Origin: Candidatus Hermodarchaeota archaeon | Lineage (GTDB): Archaea > Asgardarchaeota > Lokiarchaeia > Sigyniarchaeales > SOKP01 | Direction of reading: 5' to 3' | Assembly (NCBI GenBank): GCA_048885525.1 | Contig: JBHLLP010000004.1 | Coordinates: 1 to 64,000 of the forward strand | DNA length: 64,000 bases | In this document: in pieces, positions 1 through 10,363 of the stretch | How positions within the stretch are numbered: the stretch's first letter is position 1 | Layout of the letters: the number at the start of each line of letters is the position of its first letter | Translations under genes and position numbers: made by a program | Notes under the pieces: model-generated | Seen by the model: only the letters and a program-made list of their open reading frames with translations | Database searches by the model: none | What the model was told of the DNA's origin: nothing

Positions 1-189
1 AGAAGTAAGATTAGAGGTTTTGGAATTGTCTGTAGTGAAAAAGATTACCTACCTGTCATGCAAATAGCTAGTTATAAGAAGATAAAATCTATTATAATTG
101 GAATACGTAATCCCAAGATTTATGAAACTTACAAATTACCATACATGAAATTCCTTGAAATAATAAAATTTTTTGAAATTCCTTCATAA
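1..189 (+). CDS. 3' end of a gene running in from the left edge; possible NYN/LabA-like domain protein
   Basis: Open frame 1-189 (RSKIRGFGIVCSEKDYLPVMQIASYKKIKSIIIG...IPS*); IVCSEKDYLPV...IIIG resembles the NYN 'lvSgDgDf.pl...v.viG' segment. Confidence 0.4.
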   Translation, partial: RSKIRGFGIVCSEKDYLPVMQIASYKKIKSIIIGIRNPKIYETYKLPYMKFLEIIKFFEIPS

Positions 190-431
190 TCCATTTAGTG
201 GGAAAGATAATCTCCTATCATTTAGCCTCTTATAATCATTTTCCAAAAGTTTTTTTTCTTTAAACTTTTTTTTGCCATATTACTTGCTTGTAATATTTAG
301 TTCAGATTGTTGCCAGTTTTATAGAGAGTAAATTGAAATAAAGAGAGGAAATTAAATTTCAATTGGGATTTAAAATCAAGAAAGTTATGAGTCTATTACA
401 GAATTTCTATCATTTAAAAGTAAGTTCCTTT

Positions 432-851
432 CTAATTCTTTATCTTTTTTAACTTTTTATTTAGTATTAGTGTTGAACTTACTCCAATTATTCCAATGAA
501 TAAAATTAAGTAGTATCCTGAAATTTCTTCTATTTCTTTTACAATTGTAACTGCCTTACTCCCAATATTCTCATTTAAATCTTTTGCATAAAAAACAATA
601 GTGACATGCCCTGCTGGAAGATATTCCCATAATGTCTGATTAATCGTTCCTGTTAATCCAGTGAAAGTCACGTTTGTAATACCGTCATCCAGAGTATACC
701 ACGTTACATCTAAATTATCCTCAATTATTGTTAAATCAAATGCAGGAGAGTATTGACCAAAAATCTCATTTATAGTTGGAGAATTGATTAGTATTATAGG
801 AGCAATTTCATCAATTATAGCTAGCTCGGTAATTTCTAAAGTAAAGAGTAA
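432..851 (-). pseudogene. Truncated cell-surface protein: one Ig-like repeat plus Loki-CTERM-type C-terminal anchor
   Basis: Frame stays open from 432 to 851 (PIILINSP...NLDVTWYTLDDGITNVTFTGLTGTINQ...FYAKD...ISGY + TM + basic tail), bounded by an in-frame TGA at 852-854 with no usable start or signal peptide. Confidence 0.65.
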
Positions 852-993
852 TCAAGAGTCTGTTGAATTAGCTCCTTTCGCGCTTGTTTTAACACTACGC
901 TCTTTTCATGCATTACACACATAAAAAGTAATTAAAACAATATAAATTGGTCCAATATCTTGAAGGATTTAATAATTACAATTGAATTATATA

Positions 994-1317
994 TTATTTT
1001 GGATATTCAAATTCGAGAACAGAAGATTTTTTAATTTCTTTAATAAGTTTTTCATTCAATCCTAGATTTTCTGCTCCTAAAAGGAGTCCTTCTTTTGAGA
1101 AGTAATATAGTCTAATATTATCCATATAATTAATAAGAATCATATAATAGATATCAGATACCTTACTAATGCTTAAAACTTTAAATGGACCTCCTTTTGT
1201 AAGAAATTTCTCTCCTTTCATTCGCAAGACTTGTACTAAGAGGGGTCCTTTCTCTTTAAATTCTCTAATGGCAAAATGAATAAGTTCCTTAACAACTTTT
1301 TTCTGCCGGATCATCAT
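994..1317 (-). CDS. hypothetical protein
   Basis: 107-aa ORF, last of a co-oriented run of three. Confidence 0.6.
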   Translation of the reverse strand: MMIRQKKVVKELIHFAIREFKEKGPLLVQVLRMKGEKFLTKGGPFKVLSISKVSDIYYMILINYMDNIRLYYFSKEGLLLGAENLGLNEKLIKEIKKSSVLEFEYPK

Positions 1318-1331
1318 GATATGATAGAATT

Positions 1332-1454
1332 CTAAAGTCTATTATCTTTTTTCCATTTTTTGAGGAATTGTTTCAATTCTTCTTCTGGGATTCCTAAATT
1401 ATTTATTTTATTCGCTTTAATTTTTTTTGATTTAGGTTTAATTTTTCGTCGCAA
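1332..1454 (-). CDS. small basic hypothetical protein (40 aa), not in ORF track
   Basis: TTG directly follows the TAA of the upstream gene; MRRKIKPKSKKIKANKINNLGIPEEELKQFLKKWKKDNRL*; fills the gap between two minus-strand genes. Confidence 0.45.
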   Translation of the reverse strand: MRRKIKPKSKKIKANKINNLGIPEEELKQFLKKWKKDNRL

Positions 1455-2222
1455 TTACTTCATTTTTTTATGCCCCAAAATTCCCATTATTCCCCCGACT
1501 ATTATAAAAACAGTGGTAATATAGAAGATTGGCATCATTAATAGAAAATAAAAATAATTAACATTAACTATCAGTGGCAAAACTATAGATAAAATTGCTG
1601 CAAGTAAACATAAAATACCTCCAATGATTAGGCTTTTGAATTCAACTAATGCACCAACAATAGCTAGAATTCCAGAAGGTATGAATGTTATACCAATAAA
1701 AATACGAACAGAAATACCTGCGCCCCATGCAAGAAATCCAAAACCAAATAGTGTGGGAAAACCAATAATTATATTTAAAATTCCACCAAACCCACTTAAG
1801 CCAATGATTACCTTTTCACGACGAGATCTCTTCGACTTTTTTTCCTTACTACTCTTTAATTTATATGCAACATTCACTCCAATGATAATCATTAAGGATC
1901 CTACTAAAATCATCGGGATCATGAGATAGCCAAGAAACAATCCAAATACTGCCACTAGCAATCCAATAATTATTATTGCTAATGATGCATAATACTGTTT
2001 TAACATTTTCTCATCAATTAGTTTTTCCTTTTCAGAATCCCTTTTTTTCTCCTTTTTAAATACGAGATAAAGACCACCTAGTATGAGAATTATGCCAATT
2101 ACTAAAAGTAATAATAAAAGCACTATATCAAAATAACCTAATAACTTAATTATGATATCTAAGAGTATTATCATCAATCCAGAAAATAGAATTATCAACC
2201 CTTTTTTACGATTTTTTATCAT
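1455..2222 (-). CDS. multi-pass membrane protein
   Basis: About 8 hydrophobic helices in hairpin pairs separated by Lys-rich loops. Confidence 0.75.
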   Translation of the reverse strand: MIKNRKKGLIILFSGLMIILLDIIIKLLGYFDIVLLLLLLVIGIILILGGLYLVFKKEKKRDSEKEKLIDEKMLKQYYASLAIIIIGLLVAVFGLFLGYLMIPMILVGSLMIIIGVNVAYKLKSSKEKKSKRSRREKVIIGLSGFGGILNIIIGFPTLFGFGFLAWGAGISVRIFIGITFIPSGILAIVGALVEFKSLIIGGILCLLAAILSIVLPLIVNVNYFYFLLMMPIFYITTVFIIVGGIMGILGHKKMK

Positions 2223-2487
2223 TGCTATCTATTATTACATTAATTTTTAAAATTGGATTTTATACAAAAATGTAGTCCTAACCAAAATATAAAGATTTCT
2301 TTAATTAAAAAATCTTGTAAAAAGTAAGATCACGGCTCATGAACATACTCCTTTTTATTTCATCTCTAATCTTTAAATCTTTACTTTAACTCTCCTCACC
2401 AGCACTCTCACATATTAGGACTTAATTCATTTTTTTTATATTTTCATTAAAAATTTCTCACAGTCTTGATGTTTATAGAGGCAAAGA

Positions 2488-2712
2488 GTGGATGATGGGA
2501 ATCTTAATGATGATTTTGAATTTACGATTCCAGTAGATTCGGTCATTAATTTAGTGAAAGAAGAGTTTGGGTATTTCTTGCCATACTTACTTCTCAAAAA
2601 ATCAAGGAGGATTAAAAAGGTCAAATTTGGAAAGACATTAATGATATCTATAATATCCAAGAGATTATCACCTTTAAAACCACAGATTATTTATAGAACT
2701 CTTTATTTGTAA
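2488..2712 (+). CDS. small hypothetical protein
   Basis: 74-aa ORF only. Confidence 0.3.
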   Translation: MDDGNLNDDFEFTIPVDSVINLVKEEFGYFLPYLLLKKSRRIKKVKFGKTLMISIISKRLSPLKPQIIYRTLYL

Positions 2713-2807
2713 ATACATTTTTTCTTTTTTTATTAGAATTTTTATTAATCTAAAAAATGGCTCTCCCTAATTTTTTATTTATATAGAACCAATAGATAAG
2801 GTAATTT

Positions 2808-3230
2808 GTGTCGATTGATGGAAATAAAATTGAAGATCTACAAGAAGACTATAAGAAATATTTACCCATAGTGCTCACCAGAGATGGAACTTATCTGTTT
2901 CATCCTAGTTTTATCTATTGTTCTTTACTTCGAGAAACAACTCTTACAAAAATTGATGCCCACAGAATTACCGAGCAAACTATTCGATTCTTAATTTCCG
3001 CGAAGCTAAAAACTATCACCGCTCCTCTAATCAGGGAAGTGGTGAACGTCCATTTGCTAAAAAATGGATTTGAGAAAGAGCGTTTACAATATACCCGAAT
3101 CGGACTTCCGTTTTATGACCTCAAAAAGATATTTACTACTCCTGAACAGGATGAGGATGCAATTTCAAAAATTATCAATTGGATAATTGAAGAATACTAT
3201 GCGGTGGATAAATTAATTGAAAAAGACTAA
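2808..3230 (+). CDS. stand-alone ATP-cone domain protein (similar to the N-terminus of archaeal class III ribonucleotide reductase)
   Basis: SLLRET...ITAPLIREVVNVHLLKNGFEKERLQYTRIGLPFYDL matches the archaeal NrdD ATP-cone region. Confidence 0.7.
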   Translation: MSIDGNKIEDLQEDYKKYLPIVLTRDGTYLFHPSFIYCSLLRETTLTKIDAHRITEQTIRFLISAKLKTITAPLIREVVNVHLLKNGFEKERLQYTRIGLPFYDLKKIFTTPEQDEDAISKIINWIIEEYYAVDKLIEKD

Positions 3231-4767
3231 TATTATTTCTGAAGTGATTCAAACGAAACATAAACTTACCTTACTAATAGTCTTCTTAATCAATTTTTCA
3301 ACTTGGACTGGTTTTTCAATCTTTGGACCACTCGTTCCAGAAATTGCTCATAGTTTATCTGTAGGAATGGGTGTATTAGGAGTTATTCATTCAATCTGTT
3401 TTATAATTTCGGGAATCATGTCGTTTTTATGGGCATATCTTGAATCAAAATATTCACGACATTCTCTACTATTAAGCACCTTGTTTTTGTATTCTATTGG
3501 ACTATTATCATTAAGTTTTTCGTTTAATTACATACTCTTTCTCATCTTACGAATTGTAATGGCAGTTGGGTTTGGGGCATTCCTCCCTCTCTCAACCACT
3601 ATTATCACTGATTTAAAATCTCCTGAACATCGTACGAAAGCTTTATCATTACTAGGACTTACTGTAATAATAGGGTTTGGAGCCAGCAATATTATTGCAG
3701 GAATCTTACTAACTATTACATCATGGCGAATGATTTTATTTATATTAGGGCTTACAAATATGATTATTACTAGCTTTGTATATATAATGAAGTTATTTCC
3801 TAAAGAAGCAGGTCATGGAAGTAATTCTTACCAGTATTTTCATCTCGATAGAACTAAAATCATTTCATTATTAGGACTCAAATCGAATATAAATTTCCTC
3901 ATTTTATTTTTCATTCATGATTTTGTAATTGGGAGTGTCTCGTTCTATATCATTCCGATGTTGAAAACAGAGCTAAAATTATCTCCACTTCAGGCAATGA
4001 TATATTGTATCATTCTGTATATTCCACAATTATTTGGAGCTCCTTATTGGGGTAAGGTAGCAGATCAACAATTTGCCAAAAAATCTAACGGAAAAATCTC
4101 ATTATTACTTTTGATTGTAATAATAGGACCATTATTTTCCATTATTGGATATTCGGCATTCTCAATAAATTTAGTCATCTTTGTGGCGTGTATTATGCTA
4201 TTTGCATTTATAACTCCAACAATACCTTCAATCGCTTATTCTATTCTTGGAGATATTAACCCTTCTGAACTTCGCATTACCTTATTTTCTCTTTGTAATT
4301 TTTGTGCAATCTGTGGAAGAAGTATAGGTATTGGAATATGTGGAATTTTGTATGATCAATATTTCCATCAATATTCTATCATCTTCTTTATCTTTCAGTT
4401 TGTTTTATTATTTGGATTATTACTGACCCTCCTGAAACCAATGCATATGATTTCTATTGAGATACGTAACCTCACTTTATTTTCAAATCAAAGAGTTCCT
4501 ACTGTAGATAAGACTTCAAAGCCAACAATTAAAGATATATTAAATACATTAATTGAAAATCAAATAAAACTCTTCAAAAACCAACATAAATTGTTCCAAA
4601 ACCAAATATATCTTACAAAATTTCTCAAATACAGCTTGGAAGCAACAAGGAGAATCTTATTGTTAATTAATAAGAAAGACGTAGATCTTGAAAACTACAA
4701 GTATATAAATCAGCTTAAGCACAAATTAAACCATGTGTTCGAAGTAATTAAAGAACCTGTTGATTGA
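3217..4767 (+). CDS. MFS transporter with soluble C-terminal coiled-coil tail
   Basis: About 12 TM helices, MFS-like motifs (LESKYSRH, ITDLKSPEHRTKA, WGKVADQ, LGDINPSELR). Confidence 0.85.
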   Translation: MKKTNIISEVIQTKHKLTLLIVFLINFSTWTGFSIFGPLVPEIAHSLSVGMGVLGVIHSICFIISGIMSFLWAYLESKYSRHSLLLSTLFLYSIGLLSLSFSFNYILFLILRIVMAVGFGAFLPLSTTIITDLKSPEHRTKALSLLGLTVIIGFGASNIIAGILLTITSWRMILFILGLTNMIITSFVYIMKLFPKEAGHGSNSYQYFHLDRTKIISLLGLKSNINFLILFFIHDFVIGSVSFYIIPMLKTELKLSPLQAMIYCIILYIPQLFGAPYWGKVADQQFAKKSNGKISLLLLIVIIGPLFSIIGYSAFSINLVIFVACIMLFAFITPTIPSIAYSILGDINPSELRITLFSLCNFCAICGRSIGIGICGILYDQYFHQYSIIFFIFQFVLLFGLLLTLLKPMHMISIEIRNLTLFSNQRVPTVDKTSKPTIKDILNTLIENQIKLFKNQHKLFQNQIYLTKFLKYSLEATRRILLLINKKDVDLENYKYINQLKHKLNHVFEVIKEPVD

Positions 4768-5280
4768 TAGGATTAATTCTGTCATGATATCACTTTAAAG
4801 AAGAAAAATTTAATCGTTTGATGTTGTGATAATTAAATTATTTTAAGGGGTTAGATGACATTTCTTGAATATCCGTTCTTAATATGGTTCGTCCTTGAAA
4901 GATTTTCTTAAAATTTAAAATTTCTTAGTCTTAAAAAAGCAAACGTAGAAGTCTGGATTTCGAAAGACAAAGATATATTGTATACATATTGTCATGGGTT
5001 TTTTTTTACAGGTAATTATACCTACGGAAGTCTTTCAGTGTTCTTCTACAATATAATTTAAAAAAATAATTGGTAAATGAAATTTATATAAATCGATTTA
5101 TATTATTTTAATTCCAATTTATTTTCACAATAAGGACAGTGAACTTTATCTCATATATTCGATTAAGAGTGGAGTATTGAACCTTGTAAATTCTATTTTG
5201 TTTGTTGTATATTAAATATTCAAAAATAAATATTAGAATCATTTCTTTAATCTTAGTATAAGAATAATAACAGTGGTTGT

Positions 5281-6648
5281 ATGACTCATTTTAAATTAAT
5301 TTTAGGAATTGATTGCGGAGTAGACAAATCTAGATGTGAAAATGGATATCCTGATAATTGTTTTAATTGCTTGTCGAAAAGATTTAGCGAAGCAAATATA
5401 TTAATAAATATTTATGACGTGATAGAGCAGCAATCTGAACAAAAAAGAAGAGAAATGCTATATAAACATATATGGAGAAAATACCAAGATATTTTAACTA
5501 TACGACATGTAATTATTTTATCTAAGGGTGGAGTACCGGCCTTCAATATGGCTATTGGTGATCTACCTATTGATCCTTCGTTGATAGCAGGATTTATTCA
5601 AGCAAATGTAGTATTCTCGGGGGAAGAATTAACCTTAATAGATAAAATTAATCCAGAAAAGAATTTTTATGAGTTTGAGTATAAAAATTTTAATCTTTTG
5701 TTAAGGGTTGGAACTTTGTGTACACCATGTTTAATTCTTGACGGGAGAGCTTCTGGTAATTTAAGGGATTTACTATCGAATTTCACGGACATTCTTGAGG
5801 TCGATTATGAAGATGAATTACAAGAATTTGATAAAACCGGGGATTTAAACATATTAAAACCTGTAAAAAACTTAGTGGAAAAAATATTTGAAGTAACAAT
5901 GATATATCCGCTTACTCTCTCTACTCAAATTCCACTTGATATATTTGAAAGTTTTACACCTATTCAAAAAGCCGTGTATGAAACTTGTAAAGATCTGTTA
6001 AAAGATGAGGATTATTTTTTCATCTTAACTCTTATTAATACAACATCAAAATTATTAGGTGTGATATCGAAGGAAGAAATTCTCTGGAACATTTACCAAA
6101 TGTTAAGAGAAGATGTTATTATTTGGGTAGATCTTGAATTTCAAAGGAAAGAGTTAGAATCAAAAGAAGAAGATATACAAAAAAGAGAATATGTCATTCA
6201 AAAAATCATGGAGATAAAAGATTTGGATGAGATTATTTTTGAATGTCAGGATATGAATGAAGATGTTGCTATGAAAAAAGTCAAATCTTTATTAAAAAAA
6301 GGAGAAATTGCTGAAAAGGATGCTGCTTATCAAGAAGCATTAAATGAGTATCAAAAAGCACTCACATATGCAAAAGAGTTCAATATGGAAACGATGATCG
6401 GCAAAATTTCGTTTAAAATTTTAGAAATTATAAAATTAAATGAAGAAGTTGAAATAAAATTTGCTTTAGAGCAAGCATCCAAATCTGAAAAGAGGAAAGA
6501 CTATGTAGTTGCATTGAAATACTTATTTCAAATAAGAGAAAACTTATACAATCAAAATAAGGATGATAAGCGAGATAGACAACTTCAGAGAATAGACTCT
6601 CGTATCAAAAAACTGCAAAATTTTTTCATAACAAGTGAGAATAATTAA
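5281..6648 (+). CDS. Asgard longin-like domain protein with C-terminal TPR/MIT-like helices
   Basis: IRHVIILSKGGVP...IDPSLIAGFIQA...FEYKNFNLLL pattern; C-terminal repeats AYQEALNEYQKAL and DYVVALKYLFQI; Cys-rich N-terminus. Confidence 0.55.
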   Translation: MTHFKLILGIDCGVDKSRCENGYPDNCFNCLSKRFSEANILINIYDVIEQQSEQKRREMLYKHIWRKYQDILTIRHVIILSKGGVPAFNMAIGDLPIDPSLIAGFIQANVVFSGEELTLIDKINPEKNFYEFEYKNFNLLLRVGTLCTPCLILDGRASGNLRDLLSNFTDILEVDYEDELQEFDKTGDLNILKPVKNLVEKIFEVTMIYPLTLSTQIPLDIFESFTPIQKAVYETCKDLLKDEDYFFILTLINTTSKLLGVISKEEILWNIYQMLREDVIIWVDLEFQRKELESKEEDIQKREYVIQKIMEIKDLDEIIFECQDMNEDVAMKKVKSLLKKGEIAEKDAAYQEALNEYQKALTYAKEFNMETMIGKISFKILEIIKLNEEVEIKFALEQASKSEKRKDYVVALKYLFQIRENLYNQNKDDKRDRQLQRIDSRIKKLQNFFITSENN

Positions 6649-6842
6649 AAGAAATTCCTTAGCAATTCAATTAAAAAAAACCATTTTAAAAGAAGATGCC
6701 CCCACCAAGTACAATTTTTTCGTGAGAAGTTAAAAATTAAAGCTAGCAAATTGTAGTTAGGAGTTGAAAATATATATAAATATTAAATTCATTAATGCGT
6801 AGTATTTATAAATATTCAAATAATATATAAAGGGCGTGAAGA

Positions 6843-7076
6843 ATCATATTAGATAAAAACCTAAGAAAATTACGGAAATTATGTGGTCAATGGATTGAGC
6901 AGAAACGTTCTCGTAAAGAAGATTATGTGAAATGGCGTGAAATTATTAGATCAAAGCATATGCCTCCTTTAGTGAATGAGTTGCTTGCATTTATAGAGAT
7001 GACGGAAAAATGTAATGAAATTAAAATGAATGCCAAGAACTTATTAGATAAAGCACTTTTATCAGCTATGTTCTAA
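6843..7076 (+). CDS. small helical hypothetical protein (~77 aa), non-canonical start, not in ORF track
   Basis: Open frame IILDKNLRKLRKLCGQWIEQKRSRKEDYVKWREII...LLSAMF* following GTGA; upstream in-frame TGA. Confidence 0.35.
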   Translation: MILDKNLRKLRKLCGQWIEQKRSRKEDYVKWREIIRSKHMPPLVNELLAFIEMTEKCNEIKMNAKNLLDKALLSAMF

Positions 7077-7352
7077 ATTATGGCACATGTAGAGTGTGGA
7101 TTGATTTGGGGAGAGATTTGAGACGACAGGGATGGAGTATGTTCTGAGCAGAATTTTATTTTTTTTATTTTTATCATAAAATAATTCTCCTTATTTTATT
7201 GGCAAATTGGTGTGATCAACTTCACTTATTAGATGAGATTGAGAGTATAGAAATTTTTACATTTCTTTACGAAGATGCAAATTAAAAAGGTATATAAGTA
7301 AAATCCTCTTGATTAGATAGTATTCTGTGTTAAATAAAAAAGGGAACCCAAA

Positions 7353-7847
7353 ATGAAAGATATCTTTGATGCATATTGCGGAATATATTGTGGCAGTTGC
7401 ATAATTCGATTAGCATATATGCAAAACCGTCCAGAATCCATTCCAGAACCATGGAAAACGATGAGTAAAGGAATGGATTTGGAATGTCACGGCTGTAAAT
7501 CAGACCACGTTTATCCGAATTGTGCACAATGCCAAATTCGCATATGCGCTAAAGAAAGAAACGTAGATTATTGTTTTACGTGTGAAGATTATCCCTGTGA
7601 GAAAATTCCTGAAAGAGATCCTACTGATCATCATCCCCACTTTATACTCGCTTTGCAACATCGAAATTTGCTAAAAGAGAACAAGGTAACGGAATGGTTG
7701 ACGTATCAAAAAGATCGTTTTACTTGTAAAAAGTGTGGTAAGATATTTACCTGGTATGAAGAGATTTGCCATTTCTGCGGAGAAAAAGTTGAAAGCGTTA
7801 TTGAAGAATTAAAAAAAGCAAAAAATGGTCAAAAATTATTCTTTTGA
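7353..7847 (+). CDS. DUF3795-type Cys-rich protein
   Basis: YCGIYCGSC...CHGCKS...CQIRICAKERNVDYCFTCEDYPCE plus C-terminal CxxC..CxxC. Confidence 0.8.
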   Translation: MKDIFDAYCGIYCGSCIIRLAYMQNRPESIPEPWKTMSKGMDLECHGCKSDHVYPNCAQCQIRICAKERNVDYCFTCEDYPCEKIPERDPTDHHPHFILALQHRNLLKENKVTEWLTYQKDRFTCKKCGKIFTWYEEICHFCGEKVESVIEELKKAKNGQKLFF

Positions 7848-8134
7848 TTCCAAAGTAATAAACAATCGACTACACATAATTAATTCAAACGAGGAATATC
7901 AAAAGCTTTGGGATACTATTTATAAATTCCAGTGCTTTCTTCTGTTATGTGGTATACTAGGGTGTATATAGGGAGCCTTTGGACGATCTATTTAGCCTAG
8001 CATTCTCAAAAGCACGAGTGTGTGGCGTTCGAAAGAGAAGCATAAGACTTTAGTAAAAAAATTAAGATTATTGTAGAGAAAAATAATTTTTCTCACTTTT
8101 TAAAGTTTATATAAATCGAAGTTAAAAGATAAGT

Positions 8135-8590
8135 ATGGAATTAATTAATTTTCTTGTTAAAGCAAAAACTAAAACTTATGCAAGTGTTGGTGAACGTGGT
8201 GAAAAAATTCTTCAGGATGGTTGTAAAGAGTTAGAATATTCAGAAAGAAATTTTCTATATCGTGATAGATATTATGGATTCAATCCCTTCATTGGGGAAG
8301 AAGTTGTTTTTGATAATGGAGAGTTTATTTGGGGAATGAACTATTATGGGAGTGTGTTAGGGTATCAAATTTCAGCAATAGAAGTCTATAGGTTTTTACA
8401 AAAAGCAATGAGATTAGTTAGAGAGGATAGACCTTATCGCGGACCGAATAACTATATAGAAGGAGATTTTAAATATATTGATGAGAGTGAAGGAAATATT
8501 GAAAGTTTTTTTGGTAATGAAAAAATATTCTTTAGAGGAGAGGAAGTGTACAAATTATATTACCATGGTGGCATAATTAGTAAAGAGTAA
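8135..8590 (+). CDS. DUF5680-type protein
   Basis: FLVKAKTKTYA...YRDRYYG...GEEVV...WGMNYYG...PYRGP...YHGG. Confidence 0.8.
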   Translation: MELINFLVKAKTKTYASVGERGEKILQDGCKELEYSERNFLYRDRYYGFNPFIGEEVVFDNGEFIWGMNYYGSVLGYQISAIEVYRFLQKAMRLVREDRPYRGPNNYIEGDFKYIDESEGNIESFFGNEKIFFRGEEVYKLYYHGGIISKE

Positions 8591-9184
8591 TCATTAACAA
8601 AAAAGATTTAAAGCTTATTATAAGACGAGAAGAAAAGATGAGTGTAAGGTTCAATGGTTTTATTTAGGATTTTCAAATCAAGAGGAATACACGGGTCACC
8701 ATCATTATTAAAGATGATTAAAGATTAATGTGTTTGGTGTGGGGCTTTACAAAATTTTTGTGTCTTTTTCTGATGTTCTTTCCCTTTAATCTCTAATTCC
8801 CTCTTCAGTAATACTAAAAATGACCTCGCTCGCAGGTAAATAAGGAGATTTTACCCTCTTTTTGAATTTTATTTTAAATAAAAAATCTCTTTGAATTTCA
8901 ATAAGAACAAAATTAATTTAAGTAATTTCTTTCTTCACTTAAATATCAGATTTCTATTTAATTTGCAATACTCTAATCAATTATAAATTATTATCTAATC
9001 AAATAATCATCAAATTCAATCTAAACATTTTATGATTTCTAGTCTTTACTATATTTGATAAATATCTTAAATAATTCCAATTATTCAAATAGACTAAAAG
9101 CACTAAATAAAATCAATAAAGCTTAAAAAAGTTGATATTAAGTATTGAATTAATTAGAATTACAAATATCAAAAAAGAATTATA

Positions 9185-9499
9185 ATGAATTATTTTATTT
9201 TTCTTGTAACAGTCCCAAATATCGAAGAAAGTCAACGGATAGCCAAAATTTTAGTTGAAAATAAGCTCGTTGCATGTGTGAATATTATTCAAAATATTTT
9301 TTCTATCTATAGGTGGAAAGGAAAGATCGAGGAAGATAACGAAAATTTATTACTTATCAAAACAACTGAAGAAAATTGTGAGGTCTTAATTCAAAAAGTC
9401 AACGAGATTCATAGTTATGAGACTCCCGAGTGTATTGGATTTAAAATTGAGAAAGGTTCTGAAAAATATCTTAAATGGATTCAGGAAGCTGTTGAATAA
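9185..9499 (+). CDS. cutA: divalent-cation tolerance protein CutA
   Basis: LVENKLVACVNI, SIYRWKGKIE, IHSYETPE. Confidence 0.92.
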   Translation: MNYFIFLVTVPNIEESQRIAKILVENKLVACVNIIQNIFSIYRWKGKIEEDNENLLLIKTTEENCEVLIQKVNEIHSYETPECIGFKIEKGSEKYLKWIQEAVE

Positions 9500-9523
9500 T
9501 AAAAAAGCTATTTTATCACGCTT

Positions 9524-10354
9524 ATGTTAAATGATATTTACCATATTAATTGGATCTTCATCGATACTATTATAATTATCTTATTATTTATTCTGTTATT
9601 TAGTGTGAAGATATTTAAAATAACTCATCGTTGGCGATATTCCTTTTCAAATCAATCATTAGATCACTTCTATTTTCCAAAAGCACATGAAAACCTTAAA
9701 AACCAGTTAGTTTTATCAAAAAAATGGAGTTTAACTAGAAATTCTTCGTTAAATGTTAATAATTATCCCCTTATTCTAATAATTAGAATGAATTATAAAA
9801 GAACATTTCAAAGAATTTTAACAGAAGGTTTATGTAGCTATGGTATTAACGTTATTAATATCAGAGCAAAAATCAAAAAATCATCAATGAAGGTTGTTAC
9901 CGAAAAAGAACTACGTGATGAGTGGAATTCACTTATTTCGACTGTTATAGGTTTTTTTGAGGACAAAGAGCTAATTATGAACTCTAATTATGTTGTACTA
10001 AATTATTCAAAATCTTATCTTTCATACAAAGCGATTATATCAGATAAAAACAATAATGGAGTAATATTAATTAATCCAAAGCTAAATAAACATAACTTAA
10101 AGAACTTCTTTGATATAGTTGAAGAATTCTATACAGACTCTCGTATTTATATTATTTTTAGTAGAAAATCTATACTTTTATTGAAAAATAGAAATTTAAA
10201 GAAATTTTTAAAAGAATTCTATCCTCAAAACGCAAATGTTTTAAAATTTTCAACCATAAATAAAGCCAAAAACTCATTCAAGTTCTATGAAACTATTGTA
10301 TTAGGTCTTTTAATAGATATAATTGAAAATAAATTATCGAATTCGAAAATTTAA
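9524..10354 (+). CDS. membrane-anchored hypothetical protein, possibly degenerate alpha/beta-hydrolase fold
   Basis: N-terminal TM; LCSYGINVINI, VLNYSKS, GVILINP pattern. Confidence 0.6.
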   Translation: MLNDIYHINWIFIDTIIIILLFILLFSVKIFKITHRWRYSFSNQSLDHFYFPKAHENLKNQLVLSKKWSLTRNSSLNVNNYPLILIIRMNYKRTFQRILTEGLCSYGINVINIRAKIKKSSMKVVTEKELRDEWNSLISTVIGFFEDKELIMNSNYVVLNYSKSYLSYKAIISDKNNNGVILINPKLNKHNLKNFFDIVEEFYTDSRIYIIFSRKSILLLKNRNLKKFLKEFYPQNANVLKFSTINKAKNSFKFYETIVLGLLIDIIENKLSNSKI

Positions 10355-10363
10355 CTATAACTT

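Noticed and set aside
852-854. TGA upstream of the Ig-like fragment as selenocysteine or readthrough
   Set aside because: The upstream frame hits another stop within about 20 codons, with no start and no SECIS-like element seen; simple decay is more likely
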